NCBI GenBank assembly: GCA_965263255.1
Contig: CBDHHA010000008.1
Coordinates: forward strand, 807,006 to 871,005
Reading direction: 5' to 3'
Length of the DNA: 64,000 bases
From: Bryobacterales bacterium
Lineage (GTDB): Bacteria > Acidobacteriota > Terriglobia > Bryobacterales > UBA6623
Numbering within the stretch: the first letter of the stretch is position 1; each line of letters starts with the position of its first letter. Below, piece after piece: positions 29,617-41,635 of this stretch. The translations under genes and the position numbers were made by a program. The notes beneath the pieces are model-generated. The model did not search any database. It was given only the letters and a program-made list of their open reading frames with translations, and was not told the DNA's origin.

Positions 29617-30324
29617 CTAGCGGGCGTCCAGGACCTCCCTCGCGCCTTCCAGGACGGCAATCAGCATCGGTCTCGTGAGCCTGCCGGTCCGGGTGTTCTG
29701 CTGGCTGGGATGGTAGCTGCACAGCAGCGCCGGCCCGCCGTCGGGGCTATCGTAGCATGCTCCGTGGACGAAAGGCCGGTCCCTGGCTCGGATCCGGGCC
29801 CCGCCGTCGCGGAGCACGGCCAGGTAGGATTCCAGGGCCAGCCTTCCCAGCGCGACAACCGCACGGACCCGCGAGAGCAGTGCGATCTCGCGTTCCAGAT
29901 AGCTGCGGCAGGCCGCGAACTCCTCGCGCGTGGGGCGGTTCTGCGGGGGCGCGCAGCGGACGGCCGCCGTGATGTAGCAGTCCCGCAGCACAAGGCCGTC
30001 GGCCCGGGATGTCGACGTTGGCTGGGAAGCGAATCCAGTCTCGTGCAGCGCGTCGTACAGGAAGTCGCCGGAACTGTCGCCCGTGAACATCCGCCCGGTC
30101 CGGTTGGCGCCGTGGGCGCCCGGTGCCAGCCCGACCAGCAGCAGCCGCGCCTGCGGGTCGCCGAACGAGGGAACCGGCCGGCCCCAGTAATCCCAGTCGC
30201 GGTAGGCGCGGCGCTTCGTGGCGGCGACTTGGCGGCAGTGCTCGACCAGCCTCTCGCAGCGCGCGCACTGCGCCACCTCGATCTGTAGCCTCGCCAGCGG
30301 CCCGGTTCCAGGAGACTCGCTCAC
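29617..30324 (-). CDS. uracil-DNA glycosylase (family 5/UdgB-like, Fe-S)
   Basis: CARCERL, VGLAPGAHGANRTGRMFTGDSSG, RCAPPQNRP, YHPSQQN. Confidence 0.92.
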   Translation of the reverse strand: MSESPGTGPLARLQIEVAQCARCERLVEHCRQVAATKRRAYRDWDYWGRPVPSFGDPQARLLLVGLAPGAHGANRTGRMFTGDSSGDFLYDALHETGFASQPTSTSRADGLVLRDCYITAAVRCAPPQNRPTREEFAACRSYLEREIALLSRVRAVVALGRLALESYLAVLRDGGARIRARDRPFVHGACYDSPDGGPALLCSYHPSQQNTRTGRLTRPMLIAVLEGAREVLDAR

Positions 30325-30409
30325 GGTGCGCCAGAGTCTATCACAGGGGTGCCTTCCGTGCTGGGTCGTTCGCCCCATACGCAATGTCAAGTGTAATGTT
30401 TTGCAATGT

Positions 30410-30425
30410 GTACTAGATATTGTAT
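30410..30425. promoter_or_regulatory. putative NrdR-box-like palindromic operator
   Basis: gtaCTAGATATTGtat fits the NrdR consensus core CwAnATATwG; lies in an AT-rich divergent intergenic region. Confidence 0.4.
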
Positions 30426-30583
30426 TTTTGCCTCTGAACTACACGATCCATGGAATGCGACTCGTGCGAGCTTGCCACGTCTGGCCTGATCTGCTATAAA
30501 GCCTGCACGCTGAAGCGCGCCGGCCGCCGAATCTTGTTCAAGCGCTGACTGTGAGACTGACGACCGGTCGCTGGGGAGTACCT

Positions 30584-31207
30584 ATGCCGATCAAGACGTC
30601 TTCTGCAAGTGCTGCAGCGGATAGCGGCCGTGGAGCTGCCGCGCCTTCGCGAGGGGCTCCGGTTCGTCAGAAACCGGGAAGAGCCTCGTCACGCAGGACC
30701 CGCGCCTTGCAGCGCACGGCCAGCCGCGAGCGTGCCGCCGAGGCCAAGCAGTCCGAGCAGTTCAACCAGGCTTCCGCGCTGTTCCAGGAGGGGAAGTTCG
30801 GTATGGCGAGGCGGATCCTCGAAAAGGTGCGGTCCGGGCCGAACGCCGGGCTCGGGCACCGCGCGGGCATCTACATCGAGATCTGCAATCGGCGGACGGC
30901 CCGGAAGCGGGTCCGGTTCGACACGCTCGAGGATCACTACAACTACGCCGTGACCCGCGTGAACGACGGATTCTTTGACGACGCGGTCCGGGTCTGCAAC
31001 AGGGCCCTCGCCATCGACTCCGAAGCGGCCCACGTGCACTATCTGAAGGCGGTTGCGAGAATCCTTTCCGGAAGGACGAGTTCCGGCGTGGCTCCGCTGA
31101 AGAAGGCGATCGCACTCGACCCGGACCTCCGCTTGCATGCGTCGCGTGACCCGGATCTGGAGTCGGTCATCGAGACCCCCCCGTTCGCGAGGCTCATCGC
31201 CGACTGA
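30584..31207 (+). CDS. TPR-repeat protein with basic low-complexity N-terminus
   Basis: SD GGGGAG; TPR-like helices, C-terminal LKKAIALDP...ASRDPDL. Confidence 0.8.
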   Translation: MPIKTSSASAAADSGRGAAAPSRGAPVRQKPGRASSRRTRALQRTASRERAAEAKQSEQFNQASALFQEGKFGMARRILEKVRSGPNAGLGHRAGIYIEICNRRTARKRVRFDTLEDHYNYAVTRVNDGFFDDAVRVCNRALAIDSEAAHVHYLKAVARILSGRTSSGVAPLKKAIALDPDLRLHASRDPDLESVIETPPFARLIAD

Positions 31208-31248
31208 GCGGGTCCCGGCGCCTGTCTGCTACGGCCCGGGGCTCGATT

Positions 31249-31971
31249 TCACAATTCGGGCTTTGCGAACACGATTATGTGCTGTGTCGGAAGGAAGTGC
31301 AGGACGCGCGCGAACTCGAAGCCGACTGGCTCGATTTCCTTCCGCACCTGCTTGATCGACATCTTGTGGAGCGGGTGAATCGGGATCGACGGATCTTCCT
31401 TGCGGTATTCCACGAGCACCAGGCGGCCTCCGGGCTTCAATGACCGCAGGACTTGCCGCATCGTGGCCTCGGGGTGCGCCAGCTCGTGATAGACGTCGAC
31501 GAGCAGCACGAGATCGGTCGACCCGTCAAGCGGAATTCCCGGGTCCGCCTGCGTCGCGAGGACCGGCTCGACGTTCCCGATGCCGCGGCCTCGCATGTTC
31601 GCGACCAGCATCCGCAGCATCTCCGGCTGGACATCGGTCGCGATCACCTTGCCCTCGGGCCCCACTTGCTTGGCCAGCCGCCAGGTGAAGTAGCCCACGC
31701 CGGCACCGAGGTCGATGACGGTGGAACCGGCCCGGATCTCCAGCGCTGCCACCAACCGGTCCGGCTTCTCCTCGCGCTCGCGCTCCGGACGTGTCAGCCA
31801 GTCAGCGCCGAGATGGCTCATGACCGGCGCGATCTGCCGATTCGTGCTCTTGACCCGTGGCGCGGGGGACGGGCCCTGGCCGACTGCGCACGGAATTCCC
31901 AGCGCGAGCAGCGCTGCAATGAGGGTCCCGCGCGCGGGGACGGAAACGAGCGCGGGCCGGGAGGGTCTCAT
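31249..31971 (-). CDS. class I SAM-dependent methyltransferase with signal peptide
   Basis: VIDLGAGVGYFT, ATDVQPEM, LLVDVYHE, LKPGGRL; ATGA overlap with the upstream gene. Confidence 0.88.
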   Translation of the reverse strand: MRPSRPALVSVPARGTLIAALLALGIPCAVGQGPSPAPRVKSTNRQIAPVMSHLGADWLTRPEREREEKPDRLVAALEIRAGSTVIDLGAGVGYFTWRLAKQVGPEGKVIATDVQPEMLRMLVANMRGRGIGNVEPVLATQADPGIPLDGSTDLVLLVDVYHELAHPEATMRQVLRSLKPGGRLVLVEYRKEDPSIPIHPLHKMSIKQVRKEIEPVGFEFARVLHFLPTQHIIVFAKPEL

Positions 31972-32885
31972 CGCTGCCGTCCCGGCTCGGCCAGCAGGTC
32001 GTGACGTGCCATCAAGGAGCGAAGATCCTCCTTGTCTGCAGACACCATCTCCACCAGAGGGGGGCGCACGCCACCGGCCTTGATTCCCGCCAGCTCCATC
32101 GCTGTCTTGATCATAGACACCTTGTAGCCGGGGCGGCGGTTCCGCAGCTCGTACATCGGCAGGACAAGGTCGTCGAGGATCGCGTTCACTGCCGCGAAGC
32201 GCCCCTCGCGGGCCAGCTCTCGGATCCGCAGCGTGACCTGCGGCATGAAGCAGGCCAGACCTGACGTGAATGTCCGCACGCCGAGATTCCAGTAGCTCGG
32301 CACGAACGGCTCGGCCATGCCGTTGATCCAGCGGAACCGATCCCCGAAGTGCCGTCGGACGTGCAGGTAGTGCGAGAGATCGCCGTTCTCGTCCTTGACC
32401 ATCAGGATGTTCTCGACTCGGGCCAGCCTCTCCAGCAGCGACAGTGGCAGGACGCCGCTCCACTTTGTCTGGTAGAGAATGACGCTGGTCCCGGCGGCCT
32501 CGGCGACGCCGCGATAGTATTCGGCCAGACCCGGCTCGTTCGCGTCGCCCGAATAGGGGGCGATGCACAGGACCGCTTGCGCACCGGCCTTGCGCGCGAG
32601 ATCGGCCTGCTTGCGTGCCGTCCTCCAGCTCTGGCCCACGCCGCACACAAGGTAGGCGCTGCCCGCGACTACGCTGCCGGCCACGCGGCAGATCGCCTCG
32701 TAGTCGGCAAGGTCGAGCCCGTGCTGCTCGCCATTGCTCCCGCAGAAGCACAGGGCATCGAGCCCGCTGGCGAGCATCCGCTGCGCATGGGCCTCAAGAG
32801 CCTTCTCGTCGAGACTCAGGTCCTGGTCCCAAGGAGTGACAGGGAAGCCGATAGTGGCTTCGGTCGGTAGCGTCCTTCCCGGCAT
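31968..32885 (-). CDS. dihydrodipicolinate synthase family lyase (KDG dehydratase-like)
   Basis: FPVTP, GSNGE, ILYQ, catalytic Lys in MVKDENGD; SD AGGAG. Confidence 0.85.
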   Translation of the reverse strand: MPGRTLPTEATIGFPVTPWDQDLSLDEKALEAHAQRMLASGLDALCFCGSNGEQHGLDLADYEAICRVAGSVVAGSAYLVCGVGQSWRTARKQADLARKAGAQAVLCIAPYSGDANEPGLAEYYRGVAEAAGTSVILYQTKWSGVLPLSLLERLARVENILMVKDENGDLSHYLHVRRHFGDRFRWINGMAEPFVPSYWNLGVRTFTSGLACFMPQVTLRIRELAREGRFAAVNAILDDLVLPMYELRNRRPGYKVSMIKTAMELAGIKAGGVRPPLVEMVSADKEDLRSLMARHDLLAEPGRQR

Positions 32886-33318
32886 GCGTTTCTCCTGCGC
32901 TGCTGGCGGAGCCTCAACGATAACAGCAAACCAAAGCGGGTTCGCACGGGTCGACCGTAGCGCTCAGGGACGGTCCCGAACGCTTCGGACGCGACAGCCT
33001 GGGCGAGGCGCGTCGCCGGGACCGCGCGCTCCCTTCGAATCCGGGCGATGGCAAGCCTGCCAAGCGCTCGCTTCGCCGCGCCCGAAGACAGGAGAACCGG
33101 GTAGGTTGCAAGGCCGGAATCCTATCCCGCGAACGGCTTCTGCGGCCGGTTCCGCCAGTCAGTGCTGCAACCCTCCGAATCGATTGCGTCGGGCAGTCCG
33201 GTCTATGGTAGCTTAGGGGTTCAGGGGTTCCATCCGCGCCTCCGGAAATGGTCCCCGTCCCGCAAGCCTTCACGGCCCGCAGCGAGCCCGGCGGCCCCGC
33301 GCCGTGCATCCGGTTCTC

Positions 33319-33873
33319 ATGACCCAAGCAGTTGCCAACCGTTACGTCACTGCCCTAGCCGAGGTCGTGACGGAGCCCGGTTCGGACCTCACCCCGGAGG
33401 GCGCTCTCGGCCAGCTCGAATCGTTCGCGGACCTGCTGGCTCAGTCCGCCGACCTCGCCAACGTGCTGCGCTCGCCCGCGGTCTCTCCGCGGGAGAAGCG
33501 TGACCTGGTCTCCGAGATCGCCGAGCGCATCGGACTCGACCGCACGATCCGGAATTTCCTCTGGATCCTCGTGGACAACCACCGGATCGGGCAGGTCGGC
33601 GTGTTGCTCAAGGAGTTCCGCACCTGGCTGGACGGATTCCGAGGCAGGGTGGGCGTCGAGATCCGCGTGGCGGGCGAGATTGATGGAGCGCAGAAGGCAG
33701 CGATCGAGGATCGCTTCCGGGAATTGACCGGCAAGGACGTCCGGGCGACGTATGTCGTGGACCCGGCCTTGCTGGGAGGCAGTGCGGTGCAGGTTGGCTC
33801 GCTCCTGTACGACGGATCGCTCCGCGCCTCGCTGGGCGCCCTGGCTGGCGATCTCGGCAACGCGAATCCATAG
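33319..33873 (+). CDS. atpH: ATP synthase F1 delta subunit
   Basis: [29 protein letters not shown]; directly upstream of atpA. Confidence 0.92.
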   Translation: MTQAVANRYVTALAEVVTEPGSDLTPEGALGQLESFADLLAQSADLANVLRSPAVSPREKRDLVSEIAERIGLDRTIRNFLWILVDNHRIGQVGVLLKEFRTWLDGFRGRVGVEIRVAGEIDGAQKAAIEDRFRELTGKDVRATYVVDPALLGGSAVQVGSLLYDGSLRASLGALAGDLGNANP

Positions 33874-33913
33874 CCCGCAGCTTGGCTCGCTACATGGAAG
33901 GGAATCGAACCGA

Positions 33914-35452
33914 ATGGCGCAGATGAATGCATCCGAGATTTCGCAATTGATCCGCGATCGAATCCGGAACTACGAGGCTGCGGTTGAAGTCGCCGAAGTG
34001 GGCTCCGTGATCTCACTGGGCGACGGAATCGCGCGGCTGCACGGCCTGGAGCGCGTCATGGCCGGCGAGATGCTCGACTTCCCGGGCGGAATCGCGGGGA
34101 TCGCCATGAACCTCGAGGAGGACCAGGTCGGCGCTGTCCTGCTGGGCGACTACTCGGGGCTCAAGGAAGGCGACCAGGTCCGTCGCACCGGCCGGATCCT
34201 CTCCATCCCGGTCGGCGACGCGATGCTGGGGCGGGTCGTCAACGCTCTCGGGCAGCCGCTCGACGGCAAGGGCCCGATCGATGCCGCCCAGTACAACCCC
34301 GTCGAGCGCATCGCTCCCGGAGTGATCGAGCGCGAGCCGGTGAAGCAGCCGATGCAGACCGGCCTCAAGGCGATCGATTCCATGATTCCGATCGGCCGCG
34401 GCCAGCGCGAGCTCATCATCGGGGACCGCCAGACCGGCAAGACCGCGATCGCCATCGACACCGTCCTCAACCAGAAGGGCGGGGACGTCATTTGCATCTA
34501 TGTCGCGATCGGCCAGAAGCGCTCGACCATTGCCCAGGTCATCAAGACCCTGGAGCGGAACGGGGCGATGGACTACTCGATCGTGGTGGTGGCATCTGCG
34601 TCCGATCCCGCGCCGATGCAGTTCCTGGTCCCGTTCGCCGGGGCCGCGATCGGAGAGTACTTCCGCGATACCGGGCGCCATGCGCTGTGCATTTACGACG
34701 ACCTGTCGAAGCATGCGGCGGCCTACCGCGAGATCTCACTCCTGCTGCGGCGCCCGCCCGGACGGGAGGCGTACCCCGGGGACGTGTTCTACCTGCACTC
34801 GCGCCTGCTAGAGCGTGCCGCCAAGCTGAGCGAGAAGCTGGGCGGCGGTTCCCTTACCGCGCTGCCGTTCATCGAGACCCAGGCGGGCGATGTTTCGGCG
34901 TACATCCCGACCAACGTCATCTCCATCACGGACGGCCAGATATACCTGCAGGCCGACCTGTTCAATGCGAACGTCCGGCCCGCAGTCGACGTCGGCATCT
35001 CGGTCAGCAGGGTCGGCGGCAACGCCCAGATCAAGGCCATGAAATCGGTGGCGGGCACCTTGCGGCTGGACCTCGCCCAGTACCGCGCCCTCTCGGCGTT
35101 CGCCCAGTTCGGCTCCGACCTGGACAAGGCCTCCCAGCAGCAGCTGCACCGCGGGGACCGGCTCGTGGAGGTCCTGAAGCAGAAGCAGTACTCCCCGCTC
35201 CCGGTCGAGAAGCAGGTTGCGATCATCTACGCCGGCACCAAGGGGTTCCTGGACGATCTCGCACTGTCCCAGATCGCGGACTTCGAGGCGGGCCTGTACG
35301 AGTTTCTCGACGCCCAGGGGGAGAACGGCGTGCTGGCTCTCATTCGCGAGCGGAAGAAGCTGGACGAGGATACGACCAGTGCGCTGGAGGATGCGCTCAA
35401 GACCTTCAAGGAGCGGTTCACCGCGCTGGCCACGATGGCCAAGGCCGGCTAG
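33914..35452 (+). CDS. atpA: ATP synthase F1 alpha subunit
   Basis: [32 protein letters not shown]. Confidence 0.98.
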   Translation: MAQMNASEISQLIRDRIRNYEAAVEVAEVGSVISLGDGIARLHGLERVMAGEMLDFPGGIAGIAMNLEEDQVGAVLLGDYSGLKEGDQVRRTGRILSIPVGDAMLGRVVNALGQPLDGKGPIDAAQYNPVERIAPGVIEREPVKQPMQTGLKAIDSMIPIGRGQRELIIGDRQTGKTAIAIDTVLNQKGGDVICIYVAIGQKRSTIAQVIKTLERNGAMDYSIVVVASASDPAPMQFLVPFAGAAIGEYFRDTGRHALCIYDDLSKHAAAYREISLLLRRPPGREAYPGDVFYLHSRLLERAAKLSEKLGGGSLTALPFIETQAGDVSAYIPTNVISITDGQIYLQADLFNANVRPAVDVGISVSRVGGNAQIKAMKSVAGTLRLDLAQYRALSAFAQFGSDLDKASQQQLHRGDRLVEVLKQKQYSPLPVEKQVAIIYAGTKGFLDDLALSQIADFEAGLYEFLDAQGENGVLALIRERKKLDEDTTSALEDALKTFKERFTALATMAKAG

Positions 35453-35454
35453 CG

Positions 35455-37789
<2,335 letters not shown>

Positions 37790-38088
37790 GGCGGACTGCG
37801 CCCGAAGTCCGCTGCCGGCGCGGCATGCCGCGCCCGGCTGGTACCCTCCGGAATTCGCTGGACCGGCTCCGCGGAGAAGGGAACCGGCCGTCGCCCCTGG
37901 TCCAATTGCCCCGGTCAGCGACAACGTGTTGCTGTAGGGTGGAGGGGCCGGCCAATGCGCGATCCGCGCGTAGCCCGTTGCCGTGGGGATTCTGGCACCT
38001 GCAACCCACGCCGGCGGTCCGCGGGAATCAACCCTCCGGATGCCTTGAGCGCAGTGGCAGCGCACCCCGGGCCGGCAGAGGAGCGAGC

Positions 38089-38823
38089 ATGCACTTGGGA
38101 TCGAGATCTCATTCTGCGGGGAGCAGATCCCCCATCCGCGGCGTCATTGCGCTTACATTGCTGGCATTGGCGGCGCCATTGGCCAGCGTGCACGCCCAAC
38201 GGGAGGTGCGGCCCGAATTCGCCCCTGTCTCGGACGACCCGGGGCTTCCGCGCGTGCTGCTGATCGGCGACTCCATCTCGATCGGCTACACGCTGCCGCT
38301 CAGGGCCGCCCTCCATGGGGTGGCCAACGTGCATCGCCCGCCAGAGAACTGCGCGCACACCTGGAAGGGGCTGGAGAAGATCGACGAGTGGCTCGGCGAC
38401 GGCAAGTGGGACGTGATCCACTTCAACTGGGGTCTCCACGACCTCAAGTACGTCAGCGCCGACGGCGGGCTTGCCGATCCTGCAGAGGGCAAGCAGGTCA
38501 GCACGCTCGCCGAGTACGAGGCGAACCTCGACAAACTGGTGAGCCGGCTGCTGCAAACCGGCGCCAAGCTGATCTGGCGACCGACAACACCCGTGCCCGA
38601 AGGCGCGTCCGGTCGCGTACCGGCAGACCTGGCCAGGTACAACCGGGTCGCGGCGAAGGTCATGGAGCGTCACGGGATCGAAGTCGACGACATGAACGCC
38701 TTCATCGCGGCGGAGGCTATCCCCCATGTCCGACCCGACAACGTGCACTTCTCCAAGGAGGCGTCGAAGCGCTTGGGCGAAAACTCCGCAGCCGCCATCC
38801 GGCGGGCGCTTCCAGGGAACTGA
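38089..38823 (+). CDS. SGNH/GDSL hydrolase, exported
   Basis: LLIGDSIS, FNWGLHD, DNVHF; signal peptide; SD GAGGAG. Confidence 0.88.
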   Translation: MHLGSRSHSAGSRSPIRGVIALTLLALAAPLASVHAQREVRPEFAPVSDDPGLPRVLLIGDSISIGYTLPLRAALHGVANVHRPPENCAHTWKGLEKIDEWLGDGKWDVIHFNWGLHDLKYVSADGGLADPAEGKQVSTLAEYEANLDKLVSRLLQTGAKLIWRPTTPVPEGASGRVPADLARYNRVAAKVMERHGIEVDDMNAFIAAEAIPHVRPDNVHFSKEASKRLGENSAAAIRRALPGN

Positions 38824-38935
38824 CGGCGACCGGGAATGGAGCCTCCCGGACGCTACAATTGAGTCATAAGCGCTCCCGCGCCGGTCGCGAGCCCGGAAGT
38901 CCCCCATTCGTCCCGCGAGCGGGCCTTTCTCCGTA

Positions 38936-39346
38936 ATGCCCGAGCCCATGATTCGAATCGAGATCGCCGTGCCTGACCGGCAGGTGCTGGACGTGGAAGC
39001 GTCGCACGTGCAGCTGCCGCTTGCCACCGGTTACCTCGGTGTCCTGCCTGGCCACGCGCCGATGCTGGCAGAGGTTGGCACGGGCGAGCTGGCGTATTCG
39101 GCGCCCGATGGGGTGGAGCACTACCTAGCCGTCGATGGTGGCGTCGTCGAGGTGCTGCCGGATCGCGTCAGGCTTCTGGCCGGCCGCGCCGAGCTCGCAA
39201 CGGATGTTGACCTAGAGCGGGCGTCTCGGGCGTTGGAGCGCGCGAACGAGCGCCTCAGGCTGGAATCGCTGGAGATCGACGTGGAGCGGGCCCAGCGGTC
39301 GCTTGCCCGGGCCAAGGCCAGGATAGCGGCGGCATCCGGCCGCTAG
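38936..39346 (+). CDS. atpC: ATP synthase F1 epsilon subunit
   Basis: GYLGVLPGHAPM, GGVVEV, C-terminal helical hairpin. Confidence 0.95.
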   Translation: MPEPMIRIEIAVPDRQVLDVEASHVQLPLATGYLGVLPGHAPMLAEVGTGELAYSAPDGVEHYLAVDGGVVEVLPDRVRLLAGRAELATDVDLERASRALERANERLRLESLEIDVERAQRSLARAKARIAAASGR

Positions 39347-39372
39347 TCCCCGGCGGCCGACAATGCCGCTCC

Positions 39373-40221
39373 CTACTCGCGGACGCAGGGATTCGTGAGA
39401 TCCCCGATCCCTTCGATGCTCACCGTGCACTCGTCGCCGGGCTGCAGGTAGATCGGAGGCTTCCGCGCCATTCCGACCCCCGGCGGGGTACCGGTCGACA
39501 CTACATCCCCGGGGTCCAGGGTCATCACCGTCGAGAGGTACTCGAGCAGCGCCCCGACGCCGAACACCAGCTGATTCGTGTTCGAGTCCTGCAGCACCCT
39601 TCCGTTCAGCGTGAGCCGGATTCCGAGGTTGTGGGGATCGGCAACTTCGTCCTTGCTGACTAGGCAAGGCCCCATCGGTCCAAAGCTGTCGAACGTCTTG
39701 CCGATGGTCCATTGCGTCGTGGCGAGCTGGTAGTCCCGCGCGCTCACATCGTGGACGCAGGTGTACCCGAACACGTAGTCTTCCCAGTCGGCCGCCTTCA
39801 CGTGCCGCGCCCGCCTCCCGACGACAAAAGCGAGCTCGGCCTCGTAGTCGACCTGCGAGGACACCGAGGGAAGGACGATCGGGTCGCCCGGCCCGCAGAC
39901 CGCGTTGTTGTACTTCGTAAAGACGGTGGGGATCTCCGGTATGTCCATCCCGGATTCGATCGCGTGGTCCCTGTAGTTCAGTCCGATGCAAATGAACTTG
40001 CCTGGTTCCGGGACAGGGGGGCCCAACCGGACCGTGTCCAAAGCCAAGCCCGCCTCGCCGCCGGCGGCAAGCTCTTCGGCCTTGCGGACAGCCCGCTCCC
40101 CGTCCGACAGGAAAGAGAGAACGTCCGGGTAGCCGATCGGCGCTAGCCGCACGACAGTTGAGTTGACCAGGATCCCTGCTTCCTGAGGGTCCTGTCCTTG
40201 CGAGAACGTGACGACCTTCAT
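39373..40221 (-). CDS. fumarylacetoacetate hydrolase family protein
   Basis: CIGLNYRDH, DYEAEL, DVSARD, GKTFD, TGTPPGVG. Confidence 0.93.
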   Translation of the reverse strand: MKVVTFSQGQDPQEAGILVNSTVVRLAPIGYPDVLSFLSDGERAVRKAEELAAGGEAGLALDTVRLGPPVPEPGKFICIGLNYRDHAIESGMDIPEIPTVFTKYNNAVCGPGDPIVLPSVSSQVDYEAELAFVVGRRARHVKAADWEDYVFGYTCVHDVSARDYQLATTQWTIGKTFDSFGPMGPCLVSKDEVADPHNLGIRLTLNGRVLQDSNTNQLVFGVGALLEYLSTVMTLDPGDVVSTGTPPGVGMARKPPIYLQPGDECTVSIEGIGDLTNPCVRE

Positions 40222-40276
40222 AACCACCCATCGTACGACGGACGGCTGGTGATTGCGCCAGCAGGGCCCGGGGCCG

Positions 40277-40618
40277 CTAGGCGCTATGCATCGCCCATAC
40301 CAGCAGGCCGACTGCCGCCGCCATGGCGGCCAGCAGTGCTAGCGCGCCAGTCTGCCATCTAGGCAGCACGAGCGGCTCTCGGGACAGATGGGCATGCAAG
40401 CGCCTCCGTAGGCTGGGCCTGGTGTCCGGGTAGACTCCGGCCCGTAGGGCTTCCAGGCCCTCCCGGTTCGTGATCATGATCGTGCAGGCGTTGCTGCCCG
40501 ACAAGGTCTCGCGCAGGCGCTTGCGGACGCCGGAAGGGCATTCATCGAGCGACCCGAACACCTCCGGGTCCTCGCGCGAGCCGATGATGATGCTGGAGGT
40601 CTTGAGCACCCACTTCAT
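40277..40618 (-). CDS. hypothetical membrane-anchored protein
   Basis: ATGA overlap with the LysR stop; C-terminal hydrophobic helix. Confidence 0.65.
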   Translation of the reverse strand: MKWVLKTSSIIIGSREDPEVFGSLDECPSGVRKRLRETLSGSNACTIMITNREGLEALRAGVYPDTRPSLRRRLHAHLSREPLVLPRWQTGALALLAAMAAAVGLLVWAMHSA

Positions 40619-41535
40619 GATGCTTTGCGTGCCGTAGCCAGTCCCAGGCCGGTCTCCGCGGCGAACTCGCCGACGAGCTGTATGAATCCTAGCGCAGCCC
40701 GCGAGAGTGCCTTGTCCTTACGATAAATCAAGCCGATCGTGCGGATCATCGGGAGGGGGCGCAAGCGGATCGCGCAGAGCCGCCCAGCCTGCAGCTCCTC
40801 GCGCGCATTCGTGACTGCCATGAATGTTACCCCGAGATTGGCTTCGGTGAAACGCTTTTGCATCTCGCTCGACTCGAGCTCCATGGAAACCTTGAGCTTG
40901 TCCTCGTACGGATCCAGGAATTCATTGATCCGCGTGCGGGTCCGACCGGACTTGGGCAACAGAAGCTCCTGTTCCGCGATCTCCCCGGCCTCGACGGCCG
41001 CCTGGCCTGCGAGGTGATGCTTGGGCGATGTCAGCAACTGTATCTCGTCTGAGTAGACCTGCACGACCTCGAGACGCTTCTCCTGCAACGGGAGCTGCGT
41101 GATGCCGAAGTCGACGGAATTGTCGAGGACGGACTCGATCGTTCGCGCGCCGTACGACCTCACGACCTGGATCTGGACTTTCGGGAAGCGGCCCTTGTAA
41201 CGGGCGAACACCGCGGGAAGCACGTGCACGCACGTCGCCTCATTGGCGGCAATCGTCATCTCCCCCCGCGGGACCCGGTCGAGCTCGCGGACCGCGTCCA
41301 CGCCCTGGCGCTTCAGATCGAGGATGCCGCGGGCGTACTCGGCGAATGTCCGGCCGGCGATCGTGAGGGTGATGCGGCTGCCGAACCTGTCGAACAGCTG
41401 CGTTCCCAACTCCTGCTCGATCTGCCGGATCTGGGCGCTGATGGCCGGCTGCGTTCGAAAGCAGGTCTTGGCGGCCTTCGAGAAGCTGTTCAGTCGGACG
41501 ATTTCGAGGAACGTGTGTAGCTGATCGAAGTCCAC
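40615..41535 (-). CDS. LysR family transcriptional regulator
   Basis: SFSKAAKTCFRTQPAISAQIRQIEQELGTQLFDR HTH. Confidence 0.93.
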   Translation of the reverse strand: MDFDQLHTFLEIVRLNSFSKAAKTCFRTQPAISAQIRQIEQELGTQLFDRFGSRITLTIAGRTFAEYARGILDLKRQGVDAVRELDRVPRGEMTIAANEATCVHVLPAVFARYKGRFPKVQIQVVRSYGARTIESVLDNSVDFGITQLPLQEKRLEVVQVYSDEIQLLTSPKHHLAGQAAVEAGEIAEQELLLPKSGRTRTRINEFLDPYEDKLKVSMELESSEMQKRFTEANLGVTFMAVTNAREELQAGRLCAIRLRPLPMIRTIGLIYRKDKALSRAALGFIQLVGEFAAETGLGLATARKAS

Positions 41536-41635
41536 GCCCAGCCGTCCTCGCTCGCACCCGCCAGTCTGCGCTTGCATGGACGGCACGATGCGTTACCAAT
41601 ACTTTACGACAACCGGGGCGCGGCCCGCTCCGAAC

